Source: a virus
Taxonomy: Duplodnaviria > Caudoviricetes
IMG/VR virus record: IMGVR_UViG_3300035666_000068
Coordinates: 1 to 38,721 of that record
DNA length: 38,721 bases
Reading direction: 5' to 3' (one strand)
The translations under genes were made by a program, and so were the position numbers. Below, piece after piece: positions 24,308 through 33,631 of the stretch; position 1 is the stretch's first letter, and each line of letters opens with the position of its first letter. The notes beneath the pieces were generated by a model that was not told the origin of the DNA, ran no database searches, and was given only the letters and a program-made list of their open reading frames with translations.

Positions 24308-25837
24308 CTACACGAAGTTGAAGAAAACTTCACCCTCACCAGAGGAAGTGTAACCGCTCAGTGTCATGGTGAGTGCGACCACTCCGTCGGCGTCGATCAC
24401 TTCGATAGAGGAGATCGTGCACTTCGGAATGTACACACAGAAGCACTTACCAGCGACCCAGTTCCCACCGGACTTAACACCACCGGCATACATGAAGCGG
24501 GTCTCTTCGTTGTTACGGAAGCGGCGGAACTTCTCGGCTTCGTATGGATCGAGAGTCGCTTGGAGCTCAACCGATACAGAGCGGGAGTTGATGACCTTTT
24601 CCTTGATCCCAGACTCTTGGCAGATCGAAGGCACATCCACGATCTCGTTAGAGACGGTCATCGATACCGACGAAGGATGGAAGCAGACGTTGTCCGCGAA
24701 GTCTCCGAGGTACACGTCGTGGTTCTTAGCTGCGATCGGGTCTTGACCATCCAGAGCGGGAGTCTGAGGAGAGGTCAGCGTCTGAGCGTTGTCCGAGGTA
24801 TAACCCGTCGTCGCCGCTGTTCCAGTGTCGTTTGCCGCAGTGAGGAACCCGATCTTATCGCCGATGGTATTCGCAGCGTTTACGCCAGTATTCCAGAGGA
24901 GCGAAAGAACCGTGCCAGTGCACTTGATGTTGAACTTACCCGTGCTGTCTGAATAAGTGACCGTGTAGACTTCCGTCGACGCCGTGTTGTTCATCGCGTC
25001 TTGAAGAGCAGTCGCCAGTTCATGTGGGTCGCGGTAGAACTTAGCGGGGATAGAAGCGGCGAACGTGCCGTCGTCATCAGTGAAGTCAATGAAGCGGTCA
25101 GCCGAGGTAATTTCAATCGGGTCCCAGAAGAACGAGGAGCCGTTCATCGAGAAGCTCATGTTGATGAGCTCACCGGCTGAAGCCTCAAACGTCATCTCAG
25201 AAACGCGAGCACCGGCCATGGCTTGAACCACGGCACCATTTCCACGGTAGTCCCAAATGGAGAGGGTGGGGTGACCGTCGTCGGAAGGCTTGTACAGAAC
25301 CGCGCGTCCGAGGTCTACACCGGTCCCAGGAGCGCCTGGAAGGTTAAAGCCCAAGGTCAGGTCGTTACCCGAAATGGATTCAATAGGGCGGATCGAGTAG
25401 CCGTTAGACGAGTCTTTGATGAGGAGTGCCTCACCGCGCTCGAACGTAGCACCTTCGCCCGTGTCGACTTTAACGACGGCGGCAGCCAATGCGGTGCCTG
25501 CGGTGGAAGCAGCGACGGTGTTGTATTGCGTAGAGGCCACCGACTTATCGCCCATGACGCCCTTCATGAGGAGGTCGATCTCTGGCTCCGTGCCTTCCGT
25601 ACCCGAGTGGTAGCAGTAGTGGGAGAGGGACGCCTCAGGGGACTCGAGTCCGAGGATCGTCTTAGATGCTGCGATAGAAGCCTTGAACTCGGCGTTCTCG
25701 AGCGTCTCGAAAGCAGGGGTGAGGGTCAGGCCGTCTTGTACGGCGACGTATTCCCCAGCCGCGCTAGGAGCCTTCAACGTCCCTTCGGTGGTCTCTTCAA
25801 CGATCGCGACTCGTGTCTTGCGTGTACTCTCGGCCAT
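24308..25837 (-). CDS. Major tail tube protein with inserted domains
   Basis: VAIVEETTEGT start, PTLSIW, GARVSEMTF, YIPKC; located before chaperones; GGAG RBS. Confidence 0.8.
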   Translation of the reverse strand: MAESTRKTRVAIVEETTEGTLKAPSAAGEYVAVQDGLTLTPAFETLENAEFKASIAASKTILGLESPEASLSHYCYHSGTEGTEPEIDLLMKGVMGDKSVASTQYNTVAASTAGTALAAAVVKVDTGEGATFERGEALLIKDSSNGYSIRPIESISGNDLTLGFNLPGAPGTGVDLGRAVLYKPSDDGHPTLSIWDYRGNGAVVQAMAGARVSEMTFEASAGELINMSFSMNGSSFFWDPIEITSADRFIDFTDDDGTFAASIPAKFYRDPHELATALQDAMNNTASTEVYTVTYSDSTGKFNIKCTGTVLSLLWNTGVNAANTIGDKIGFLTAANDTGTAATTGYTSDNAQTLTSPQTPALDGQDPIAAKNHDVYLGDFADNVCFHPSSVSMTVSNEIVDVPSICQESGIKEKVINSRSVSVELQATLDPYEAEKFRRFRNNEETRFMYAGGVKSGGNWVAGKCFCVYIPKCTISSIEVIDADGVVALTMTLSGYTSSGEGEVFFNFV

Positions 25838-25849
25838 GTGCGTTATCTC

Positions 25850-26299
25850 CTAGATTGTTTCGAGGTGTTCTACTGAGAATGTGGCTCTTAAAACGAGGAA
25901 GTTATCCTTCTCCCCGAACACTTGCTCAACACCACCGTCTGAAGTGAAGTTTACTACTCCGAGAGCGCCCGGCAAGGCGGTGTTATCGCAAAAATCTCTA
26001 ATCAATAAAATCAGGTCCTCGAAGAGTTCCTTTTCGACGGAAGCCTTAGCCTCTACGTCGGACTCCTTAGCGTAGAACTTCCTCGATAGGACGATCTCGA
26101 AATCTCTCCCAATGGAGATGCGGCAGGAGAGCTCACGGTTAGTGTTCGTCCCACTCCCCAAGGCAATCCCCCAGCCCTGGCGGATCAACCCCTCAGGGTT
26201 CTGCTCCACGTTGTAGGGGTTAACGATACGAGTGTGTGACGGGAGTACCACCCCGATCCTAGTCACAATCGCATCGTAGAGATCCGAGAAGTTACTCAT
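25850..26299 (-). CDS. Tail terminator/completion protein
   Basis: 149 aa directly upstream of tail tube. Confidence 0.6.
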   Translation of the reverse strand: MSNFSDLYDAIVTRIGVVLPSHTRIVNPYNVEQNPEGLIRQGWGIALGSGTNTNRELSCRISIGRDFEIVLSRKFYAKESDVEAKASVEKELFEDLILLIRDFCDNTALPGALGVVNFTSDGGVEQVFGEKDNFLVLRATFSVEHLETI

Positions 26300-27141
26300 C
26301 GCGTAACGAACACCGTGGTGGCGACCTTCTCTTGTTCAGTGAGAGTGGCGTCTCGGTTAGTGTCTAGGTTGTAGTACTTAATTTGAATCGCGTCTTTAAA
26401 GTCTCTGAGAGACTGAACGAGGTTGTCTGAGTAATCATCCCCGAACGCTTTAAAGATTACTGAAGCCGTACGATGCACAGAAGCTTTTTGAAATAACTTC
26501 CAATCAAGAATCTGGTCAGCACTACGAGCAAGGTTCATCGTGCGTAACTCTTGAATCACATACTCAGCAGCAGCAAGAGACTGCTCCTCCCAGGTAGTTT
26601 TACCTGCCTTGAAAGCCGTCTTAAAATTAGTAACAGAGAATTCTGGATACTCTACATAGAGGTCATCGTCAGTTGAGAACTTATGACCAATATATTGAAG
26701 AGCCGTTGATGGACGCAAGTCATTGGACCATTTAAGTCGCGCCCAATAAAGCCCCTGAATATTTAATGTTTGAAGCCCGGAGTTTGGCATTTCATTTGTG
26801 TCGTCGTAACTCCAAGACGATTTATCAGGATCTGGACTCCATGAAATAATCCCACTTTTTCCAAGAGGATGATTGTTATTAATTGTGTCGTCTAAAATAT
26901 CAATAGCTGGGGTCCAACCGTCACCACTCCATAGGTCAATAGAAATGGTTGCTGCTAAGTTATTCTCAACCGAGACCATAAAATATCTATGGTTGAAAGG
27001 AAGATCAGAGCCCACGTACAAAAAATCTGTGCCTGTATCAATGTGAATCACTGCAGTGTTGCTGTTATAATCAGACAACCGGAGACTGAGATCAGTTAGG
27101 ACACCGTTTTTATTTAAAATGACTCGGCTATTGATTAGCAT
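26296..27141 (-). CDS. Head-tail connector-like protein with N-terminal beta domain
   Basis: Helical C-half (AAEYVIQEL...KASVHRT...F) resembles adaptors; position. Confidence 0.5.
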   Translation of the reverse strand: MLINSRVILNKNGVLTDLSLRLSDYNSNTAVIHIDTGTDFLYVGSDLPFNHRYFMVSVENNLAATISIDLWSGDGWTPAIDILDDTINNNHPLGKSGIISWSPDPDKSSWSYDDTNEMPNSGLQTLNIQGLYWARLKWSNDLRPSTALQYIGHKFSTDDDLYVEYPEFSVTNFKTAFKAGKTTWEEQSLAAAEYVIQELRTMNLARSADQILDWKLFQKASVHRTASVIFKAFGDDYSDNLVQSLRDFKDAIQIKYYNLDTNRDATLTEQEKVATTVFVTR

Positions 27142-27893
27142 TATTTAAGCCCCAAAAATTTAGCTACTGTTAAAAGCTTCTGCACAAACTTACCAAAGGT
27201 GCCATCTATTTGATGGTCAGAAGTAGGCTCGTCCCACACCGCAATCGCTAGGTTTTTAGGAGATAGTTCTGTAAATGGAGTGATATTTGCCGCAATAATT
27301 CCTAAAGCATTGGCATCGGATTGAGTAATTGTCCCAGTGCCAGCAAGATTTGCTAGTGCTCCCTTAATCGCTGAAACATCTGCGTTACTAAAGCTAGCAG
27401 AAGCAGAAATCGCGGAAACAATCTCAGAAACAACCGCACCACTAATGTCCCCACTAAAAGAACCCGATGCACTGATGCTTGATTGAATTGAGACAAGCAG
27501 CTCTAGAGTGGCATTGCTTACAGAACCAGATGCAGAAAGAGAGGCTACAATATCAACAAGAGCGCTGAGATCACCCGGATTAAATGCACCTTGACCGGCA
27601 ATAGAAGAATCTAAGTTTCTCCCTAGCGCACCATTTATTCCAAATCCTGAGGAAGAATTAATCGTCCTTGATCTTATCGACCCCTCTTTGATTGGAATTA
27701 CCCAACATTGAGGCGGTCTACTGCCTGATGGGATGCCTTCTCTTGCTGAGATACTGGCATCACTTGCAAAGTAGTTTCTAGACTGTCCTTGTGTGTTCCA
27801 ATTCGATCGCTGACTGGAAAGGTTATTTCCGCCTATGTATTTTATCGGAATCTTGTAAAAAAGATTTTTATTCCCAATAAGCGCCATAATCAA
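27141..27893 (-). CDS. Ser/Ala/Gly-rich putative structural protein
   Basis: Repeated I.A..SG.F units; LAIAVWDEP...H...GTFG end. Confidence 0.65.
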   Translation of the reverse strand: MIMALIGNKNLFYKIPIKYIGGNNLSSQRSNWNTQGQSRNYFASDASISAREGIPSGSRPPQCWVIPIKEGSIRSRTINSSSGFGINGALGRNLDSSIAGQGAFNPGDLSALVDIVASLSASGSVSNATLELLVSIQSSISASGSFSGDISGAVVSEIVSAISASASFSNADVSAIKGALANLAGTGTITQSDANALGIIAANITPFTELSPKNLAIAVWDEPTSDHQIDGTFGKFVQKLLTVAKFLGLK

Positions 27894-28759
27894 CCGTAAC
27901 TAAAATCACAATACCCGTAAAAGTTACTTGAAGCACCGACAGCTGCTCCAGTAAATAACAACCACGTCAAACAAGCTCCATCAAACACCCTCGGAAGAGA
28001 TGGGAGTTGATTCATAAGATCCCGCTCACCAGCTACCGATGCGGTAGTAAGTGGAAGCGTTGCAAGCGGTCTACAAAGTACTAACGCTGCCGCACCAGCT
28101 CCTGAAGCTGCGGAAATTGTGATGCTTTGAACTGATCTGATACCAGTGTCACCAGAAGCTAAAGGCAAAAACGGTCCATAGTTGTTAGCCGCAGTTCCTG
28201 AGTGCGTAATGTGACCAGCAATTGCCGATGCCGTACATGCGACAGTCACTGGCATGGATGCTCCAGAGTTACCGCCTTGATCGGTATAACTAATTGAGAC
28301 GTTGTGACCAGTGGCACCAGTGGCAGTTGTTACAGTTAAAAAAGCCCTAACACCTGCGCCGGTCGTGTACCTAGTAAGCGCTGTTCCAGTTGTAAGTGTT
28401 TGAGCTGATGACGAGTTCATCGAGATGCCAGGGTAATAAAGCAACATATCGACCAGCATCAAAACCGCAGGAACACCCGTGGACACAGCAGTAAATGCGC
28501 CAATATTGGTTAGGTGTTTAGTGTCTGGAGATACGTTACCGCCATGATATAAACTAAAACCGCTCGCTTCGGTAGGGACCTGAGAGTTAAGCGCAGTTCC
28601 GGTGAACGAATTGGCAATCGGTGTTCCGTTTAATAAACTCAAATCATACCAACGACCGGCGGCGTAAGCTGTTCCTCCGGTAATCTTATTCCAGTCACTT
28701 CGCCAAAACTTACCGTTAGAAACTTCTGAAATGAAATCATCTTGTGAATTAAATCCCAT
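27890..28759 (-). CDS. Putative structural protein, paralog of 28928-29770
   Basis: RWYDLS, GPFLPL, SVQ, LVLCRPLA. Confidence 0.7.
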   Translation of the reverse strand: MGFNSQDDFISEVSNGKFWRSDWNKITGGTAYAAGRWYDLSLLNGTPIANSFTGTALNSQVPTEASGFSLYHGGNVSPDTKHLTNIGAFTAVSTGVPAVLMLVDMLLYYPGISMNSSSAQTLTTGTALTRYTTGAGVRAFLTVTTATGATGHNVSISYTDQGGNSGASMPVTVACTASAIAGHITHSGTAANNYGPFLPLASGDTGIRSVQSITISAASGAGAAALVLCRPLATLPLTTASVAGERDLMNQLPSLPRVFDGACLTWLLFTGAAVGASSNFYGYCDFSYG

Positions 28760-28928
28760 TGTCGGCCTCGTGTAGTTGTTTGAATTCTTCTAGAATCAAA
28801 ATCAATTGATTTAGTGTTTCAATGTCATGAATTACAGCGCGCTCAAAGTTTGGCAATGAAACAGTGACCGGAAATTGAATGTCTTCTCGTGTAATATTTG
28901 AAATTGATACGTCGTTAAGCTTTACCAT
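28749..28928 (-). CDS. Small hypothetical protein (59 aa, absent from ORF track)
   Basis: TAATG overlap; MVKLNDVSIS...EADNGI fills the gap between the paralogs. Confidence 0.55.
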   Translation of the reverse strand: MVKLNDVSISNITREDIQFPVTVSLPNFERAVIHDIETLNQLILILEEFKQLHEADNGI

Positions 28929-29770
28929 TATATAAACCAGCTTTCGATTGTTCCGGTAATAACCGCAGAACTTAAACTGCCAGTAGCATGAACTAAAAAA
29001 CTAGGCTGCGCACCTTTTGGAAGTTTAATTAACCTGGCCTGATCTTTAATGAAGTCAACCTCTACCGGTGAGTTGTTGGTTTGCAATTCAAACTCAGCTA
29101 AAACCTGGCACAGAACAAAACACAAAATGCCCCCAGGAAGACCACTAGAAAATTGAACCGATTCTAAAAACGCTGGTCCAAATTTATCATTTCCATCTAA
29201 ATTTAAAAATGGTCCGTTAGACACGACCCCACCAGAAATACTCCCAAAGCAGAGCTGCCCATATTGTGAGCCGTCGTTAATCTGTTGAGATGAAGAGTAA
29301 GTATTAGATAGTCTATCTGTGTAATTAATAGTTGCTTTTACGTTTCCTGAGATGGCTGATTGAGCAACTAAATAGACTTGAGTGTTGGGATAGTTATCAA
29401 GTTCTGCTTTAAAATCATTATTAAAAACCTGAAGACTAGGGTCATCACCATCGACAAAGGGCCAAAAAGCAATACGATTAATTAGTTTAACCTGCAATAT
29501 CTGAGATGAAGATGTCGTTAAAATAACTTTCGTTATGTATCTGGTATCTTCGTCTGCATCTCTAATCCTGAACGAGGTTTTATGATTAATGGGCGTGGCC
29601 GTTAATGGTGTAGATGCATAAAACTCAGGAACCGGATTTCCTGGAGCTACAGAAAGATCAAACCATCTGCTAGAGAATGTGGATTGGTTGTGAACTTTTC
29701 TATAAGAAATGATGTCGTAATATCCAAGCTCGACATCTCTTTCTATAAACTCGGAAAGAGTATAGCTCAT
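28928..29770 (-). CDS. Putative structural protein, paralog of 27890-28759
   Basis: RWFDLS, GPFLNL, SVQ, FVLCQVLA. Confidence 0.7.
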   Translation of the reverse strand: MSYTLSEFIERDVELGYYDIISYRKVHNQSTFSSRWFDLSVAPGNPVPEFYASTPLTATPINHKTSFRIRDADEDTRYITKVILTTSSSQILQVKLINRIAFWPFVDGDDPSLQVFNNDFKAELDNYPNTQVYLVAQSAISGNVKATINYTDRLSNTYSSSQQINDGSQYGQLCFGSISGGVVSNGPFLNLDGNDKFGPAFLESVQFSSGLPGGILCFVLCQVLAEFELQTNNSPVEVDFIKDQARLIKLPKGAQPSFLVHATGSLSSAVITGTIESWFI

Positions 29771-29883
29771 TTAATCCCGCCGCAACCAGTGGCCGTAGCC
29801 TGAATGTTGGCGACAATAGGAGCCTCACACTCACAAGGAGGGTTAATTGTCGTCATTTCAGCGCCACACTCTGAGCAATGCAT
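29767..29883 (-). CDS. 38-aa Cys-rich peptide (absent from ORF track)
   Basis: MHCSECGAEMTTINPPCECEAPIVANIQATATGCGGIK; ATGA overlap with downstream gene. Confidence 0.55.
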   Translation of the reverse strand: MHCSECGAEMTTINPPCECEAPIVANIQATATGCGGIK

Positions 29884-29884
29884 C

Positions 29885-30295
29885 TTAGTCCTCGGTGATG
29901 GTTAATGCGCTAATAGCAAACTGAGGTTGAACCAAGTTGCTAACAGACAAAGAAGAAGAAAGCACACCCTTGTAAAGAATCTGACCGGCTCCAGAGGATG
30001 CAGTCCCAATAGCGACATGAGTCACCACAGAGCTTCCGCCTGTGCATTGTGGGAATTGAATCAAAGCAGCGTTTGATGCTTGGTTTCCAGAGACAGTCCA
30101 TCCCGATCCGCTTCGAGCAACAGCTACCCGAGCATAACTTGTATAGGTCGCTTCTGAGGTAGTTTGAGATCCTGCCTCACCAGGGTCTGCGGTATGAAGC
30201 GAAATGTAAAGGTTTGTGTTTCCATTCCAAGAAAGAGTCGTTGCTTTAAAGATTAACTCTAGAACATCATTTTCAGTTGTGTTGCCTTTAGACAT
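29885..30295 (-). CDS. Phage fibre-associated structural protein
   Basis: LYISLHTADPGE...EATY.SYARVAV...N...I.FP...THVAI pattern common in phage structural regions. Confidence 0.75.
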   Translation of the reverse strand: MSKGNTTENDVLELIFKATTLSWNGNTNLYISLHTADPGEAGSQTTSEATYTSYARVAVARSGSGWTVSGNQASNAALIQFPQCTGGSSVVTHVAIGTASSGAGQILYKGVLSSSLSVSNLVQPQFAISALTITED

Positions 30296-30303
30296 ATTCC
30301 ACC

Positions 30304-30639
30304 TTAGCTATAAGTATAATCTGCTCTATCGTCCCATATTTTTGTGAACGAAGAAACCCCATCGGCCCATTCGATTGTCACATCGTTTGCGCTATCCGTA
30401 AAAGTAACTCTCTGTATTCTCCAAGACGCAGAACTGCTTGATTCACCTACATCAGCCTCGCCGATATAAATTATTGATTCGCCAACCGAGTCTACACGCT
30501 TTGCATAACTTGTAACACCGCCCGATGTTACTGGGATTGGATTAGATATATCTCCGACAATTCTAACAGCAGTTTCCCCTGACCCAGTCTCTGCGAACTT
30601 AGCTTTTTCAAGCGTGTTAATGTTCGGATCTAAAGCCAT
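30304..30639 (-). CDS. Putative structural protein
   Basis: YIGEA..G.....ASWRIQR...WADG...F..IWDDR..YTY; GAGG RBS. Confidence 0.7.
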   Translation of the reverse strand: MALDPNINTLEKAKFAETGSGETAVRIVGDISNPIPVTSGGVTSYAKRVDSVGESIIYIGEADVGESSSSASWRIQRVTFTDSANDVTIEWADGVSSFTKIWDDRADYTYS

Positions 30640-30648
30640 TCAAACCTC

Positions 30649-30692
30649 AAAATAAAACCCCGTGAGTGGGAGGACAGTCACCACCCACGGGG
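30649..30692 (-). terminator. Rho-independent terminator after head genes
   Basis: CCCCGTGGGTGG-loop-CCACTCACGGGG then TTTTATTTT on the minus strand. Confidence 0.8.
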
Positions 30693-30723
30693 GATCTACG
30701 CCTGAAAGAGAGAGGAAACAGGC

Positions 30724-31122
30724 TTAGAACTTAGCAAGTTCCAAACGTACCTTGATCTTACCAGCGGTCAGAGCTGCCGTTGCGATATCGAGGACGATCA
30801 CCGCATCGGGAGCAACCGCGAGGGTCGTACCGATGGAAGCGCCGTCGATCGAAGCGTTAGCAGTCAACGAAGCAACCGCCGTAGCTGCAACGAGTGCGGC
30901 AACAGAAGTGCTAGGTCCGATTGACACAGTAGCCGAACCACCGGACGTGCAAGCGGTCTCGACGTCCATGTAAGCAGCGCGAATGACCGTGCGGTCCTTC
31001 AGCTTCACGAGGTCGTATGCGCCGATGGCTCCGCCGTCTTTAGCGAAGTCGTAGACGAATTCGAGATACTCAACTTCGGGACCCCAAGAGCGATGCTCTT
31101 TGTAACTTTTTGCTACTGGCAT
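30724..31122 (-). CDS. Capsid decoration/cement protein
   Basis: YDFAKDGGAIGA...LTAGKIKV jelly-roll-like; between MCP and terminator. Confidence 0.65.
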   Translation of the reverse strand: MPVAKSYKEHRSWGPEVEYLEFVYDFAKDGGAIGAYDLVKLKDRTVIRAAYMDVETACTSGGSATVSIGPSTSVAALVAATAVASLTANASIDGASIGTTLAVAPDAVIVLDIATAALTAGKIKVRLELAKF

Positions 31123-31123
31123 T

Positions 31124-31327
31124 TTACTTTCCTTTTACTTTCTTAACGATTCTCGCCGTCGTCTGAATCCAAGCGACATGCTTAGACCCGACAGCATAAA
31201 TTGCGATGATTTTAGTCGGCAGACGAATGCTCGTGATTTGATTCTTTAAATCCTCAGCAGAGTCTCCCATAAGAAACTCTAGTGCGGAGGTGTTAGGATT
31301 CAAACTATCGAACATTTCGTCTGCCAT
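31124..31327 (-). CDS. Hypothetical protein
   Basis: Tightly packed after MCP; AGGT RBS. Confidence 0.65.
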   Translation of the reverse strand: MADEMFDSLNPNTSALEFLMGDSAEDLKNQITSIRLPTKIIAIYAVGSKHVAWIQTTARIVKKVKGK

Positions 31328-31338
31328 CTAATTACCTA

Positions 31339-32211
31339 TCAAACGTGAGCGAATGCAGCGTTAGATACGGTGATGTGCTTGAGCGATCCCTGGATACCAA
31401 GCTTAGCACCAAACACCATGTCAACGCTCAGGAGCATGCCGAACTTCTTATTGGAGTGCAGGTCAGACACTTTGAAGCGTGGCTGAATCTGCGTTACCAA
31501 GTGCATGAAGTCAGGGTGAAAGAACAGCGCAGTGTCGGCGTTCATCGAGTTGTCTTCGAGCAGGTTGAATCCAAAACGAGGAAGTGCAACTTGACCGCCG
31601 ATGATCGGAGCATCAGAAGCGCCGAAGTCTGTTGAGACGAGCGTCTGTGCGTTCATGATATCGCCCATATAAACTGGGTCGATCAACCCGTACCATCCCT
31701 TTTCACGCATCCACTTCGCTTGTGCCGCGAGAACGCGCACGCCGCTGAGCTGCGAAGCATTCAGGTCGGTCACGGAAGTGACTTGGTGGTCAGGAGAAGA
31801 AGCCGAAGGAGCAACGAGGGAGTACAGGTAGTTGTTCACTTGTTGCGCCACAGCGAACACGAGAGAGTCGCGGATAGCAGACTCTTGGCTGTTCAATTGG
31901 CTCATGAGCATTGCGGTGTCTGCGATTTCAAACGCAGCGACTGCACGCTTGTCAGCAACCACAGCAACACGAGTCGTCGAGAGCAGCGAGCTATCGAACG
32001 TGTCCGCGTCGGTGCCGACGGTCTTCAGTTGACCTTGAGGAGCATTGATCTGCGAAACGTAAACCGTATCGCCTTCCTGACCAATCGCGCCTTCATAGTC
32101 CTTGTTCACGAGCGAGCCCAAGAGAAGGGATTCGCGCAGTTCCTTCATGAACAATGGTGCCCACTTCTTCTGCACCTGTTCGCTGATTTGATTAATATCC
32201 GTAGTAGCCAT
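31339..32211 (-). CDS. Major capsid protein (HK97 fold, P22 coat-like family)
   Basis: VNKDYEGAIGQEGDTVY, RFGFNLLEDN, DMVFGAK; follows scaffold; AAGGA RBS. Confidence 0.85.
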   Translation of the reverse strand: MATTDINQISEQVQKKWAPLFMKELRESLLLGSLVNKDYEGAIGQEGDTVYVSQINAPQGQLKTVGTDADTFDSSLLSTTRVAVVADKRAVAAFEIADTAMLMSQLNSQESAIRDSLVFAVAQQVNNYLYSLVAPSASSPDHQVTSVTDLNASQLSGVRVLAAQAKWMREKGWYGLIDPVYMGDIMNAQTLVSTDFGASDAPIIGGQVALPRFGFNLLEDNSMNADTALFFHPDFMHLVTQIQPRFKVSDLHSNKKFGMLLSVDMVFGAKLGIQGSLKHITVSNAAFAHV

Positions 32212-32225
32212 TTTTTAAATTCCTT

Positions 32226-32852
32226 TTATGGTGCTGTGGACCAGTCAACTTCATTTTGACGGGCCTTCATTTCTTTAGAGTTCGGCAACGCTACCCATTC
32301 CTGATAAGTGAGCTTCTTTGCTCCTGCCGCTGCTTCATGAGGAAGCCCTGTCTTTCCATCCTTAGAAAGAATGAGGAGTTTGTGCTCTTGCTCAAACGAC
32401 CTCGCGACTTCCTGCACAGATGCCGGGTCCGGCTCGCCAGTCTCGGGATTGATTACAACCTTCGACACGTCGATCAGGCCCAGATACTTATCGGGGACCA
32501 TGCCATTGATCGCACTCTTAACCGCGCCGCGTTTAATGGATGTAACGATGAGCGAATCCTTTTGCTCAACTTGCTTTTTGAGTTCCGAGAGTTCCTTCTC
32601 GCGGATCTCAACTAGCTTCTTCCATTCTTCTTTAGCTTTGAGTTCACTCTCCTGGCGCTCGCGTTCCTTCGCTTGCACCTGCTCGAGCTGGCTCTTGAGA
32701 GTTGCAAGTTCCTCATCGCGTTTCTTCTTCTCCGCGAGGAGTTTCTTGTGCGTCTCGTAGGCTACGCTTTGCTGGTCTTGTGATTGATCTCCGGCGGCGC
32801 CACTGGCTGACCCGTCGTTGCCTCCACTGGAGGGCTTGGCTTGTTCACTCAT
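32226..32852 (-). CDS. Capsid scaffolding protein
   Basis: Disordered N-terminus and long charged coiled coil directly before MCP. Confidence 0.8.
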   Translation of the reverse strand: MSEQAKPSSGGNDGSASGAAGDQSQDQQSVAYETHKKLLAEKKKRDEELATLKSQLEQVQAKERERQESELKAKEEWKKLVEIREKELSELKKQVEQKDSLIVTSIKRGAVKSAINGMVPDKYLGLIDVSKVVINPETGEPDPASVQEVARSFEQEHKLLILSKDGKTGLPHEAAAGAKKLTYQEWVALPNSKEMKARQNEVDWSTAP

Positions 32853-32926
32853 TAGGTTACCCCTTTGAGTTAATCTTTCAACACTTTGTTAAAAAAAGGA
32901 AATCGCTAGGGGTTAAAATTAACTCT

Positions 32927-33631
32927 CTACTTACCGCCCAATGACTCCTCGATGATCTCTCGGATTGCTTCCCCATAGATACGCGCAAAGAATTTTAACT
33001 CTGGGTCTGTGATCCCCATGAATGGGCGACCAGGGCGACCTCGTCCAGACGGCTGACCACCCTTTGCTTTTCTCTTCTTCTCACCACCGGGGGTCTTGGG
33101 TGCTCCCTTTAGTTTAAGCGCCTTTAGAACTTTCCTTAGAGCCTTTAAAATCCTAGACTTTCTCTTTCTCTCCTTAGGGGTCTTTGACGGTAGCTCACTT
33201 GCTTGAGCCTTTGCCCGCTTCGCGTCATCGACGGAAAGGATCTCGGCTAGGTTCTCATTCGTAAGACCTGAGTAATGTTTCCCCTCTAAGAGAATCTGAA
33301 TTAAACCGTTACTGGCCTTATGCGTCAACGAGTCGAGAAGGTCGCCGCGTCTAGTGAGGTTAGACTTACCTGGGGCGGTCTGTGCGGATAGCTGAGAGTC
33401 TCTCTCTCGTGATGCGATGGTTGTAGTGGCTAATTTCTCGAGTGGCTTAGGTGACCCGCCTATAGCTCCGTTTTTAGAGACGCCCTTACCTAGCCTAGTT
33501 CTGAGCCGTATCCTATCGGCTAGCTGTCGGCCAACGTCATCGAGCAGCTTCCCTTTTGTGGCACCCCTTAAAGACGATTCGATTTTTAGAATTAGGCGGG
33601 CAATCTTATCCGCTTCACTCATCATCTTCAC
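32927..33631 (-). CDS. Virion morphogenesis (Mu gpG-like) protein with Lys/Arg-rich insertion
   Basis: IRLRTRLGK, NLTRRGDLLDSL, RPFMGI. Confidence 0.65.
   Translation of the reverse strand: MKMMSEADKIARLILKIESSLRGATKGKLLDDVGRQLADRIRLRTRLGKGVSKNGAIGGSPKPLEKLATTTIASRERDSQLSAQTAPGKSNLTRRGDLLDSLTHKASNGLIQILLEGKHYSGLTNENLAEILSVDDAKRAKAQASELPSKTPKERKRKSRILKALRKVLKALKLKGAPKTPGGEKKRKAKGGQPSGRGRPGRPFMGITDPELKFFARIYGEAIREIIEESLGGK

Noticed and set aside
24308-25837. Contractile tail sheath, suggested by the 509-aa length
   Set aside because: Extra length is explained by inserted domains; it is followed directly by chaperones and tape measure, with no separate tube or baseplate wedge genes
25223-25876. 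Long + strand ORFs opposite late genes (also 31720-32259, 33556-34215 and others)
   Set aside because: Antisense shadows of well-supported genes, with no RBS or recognisable motifs
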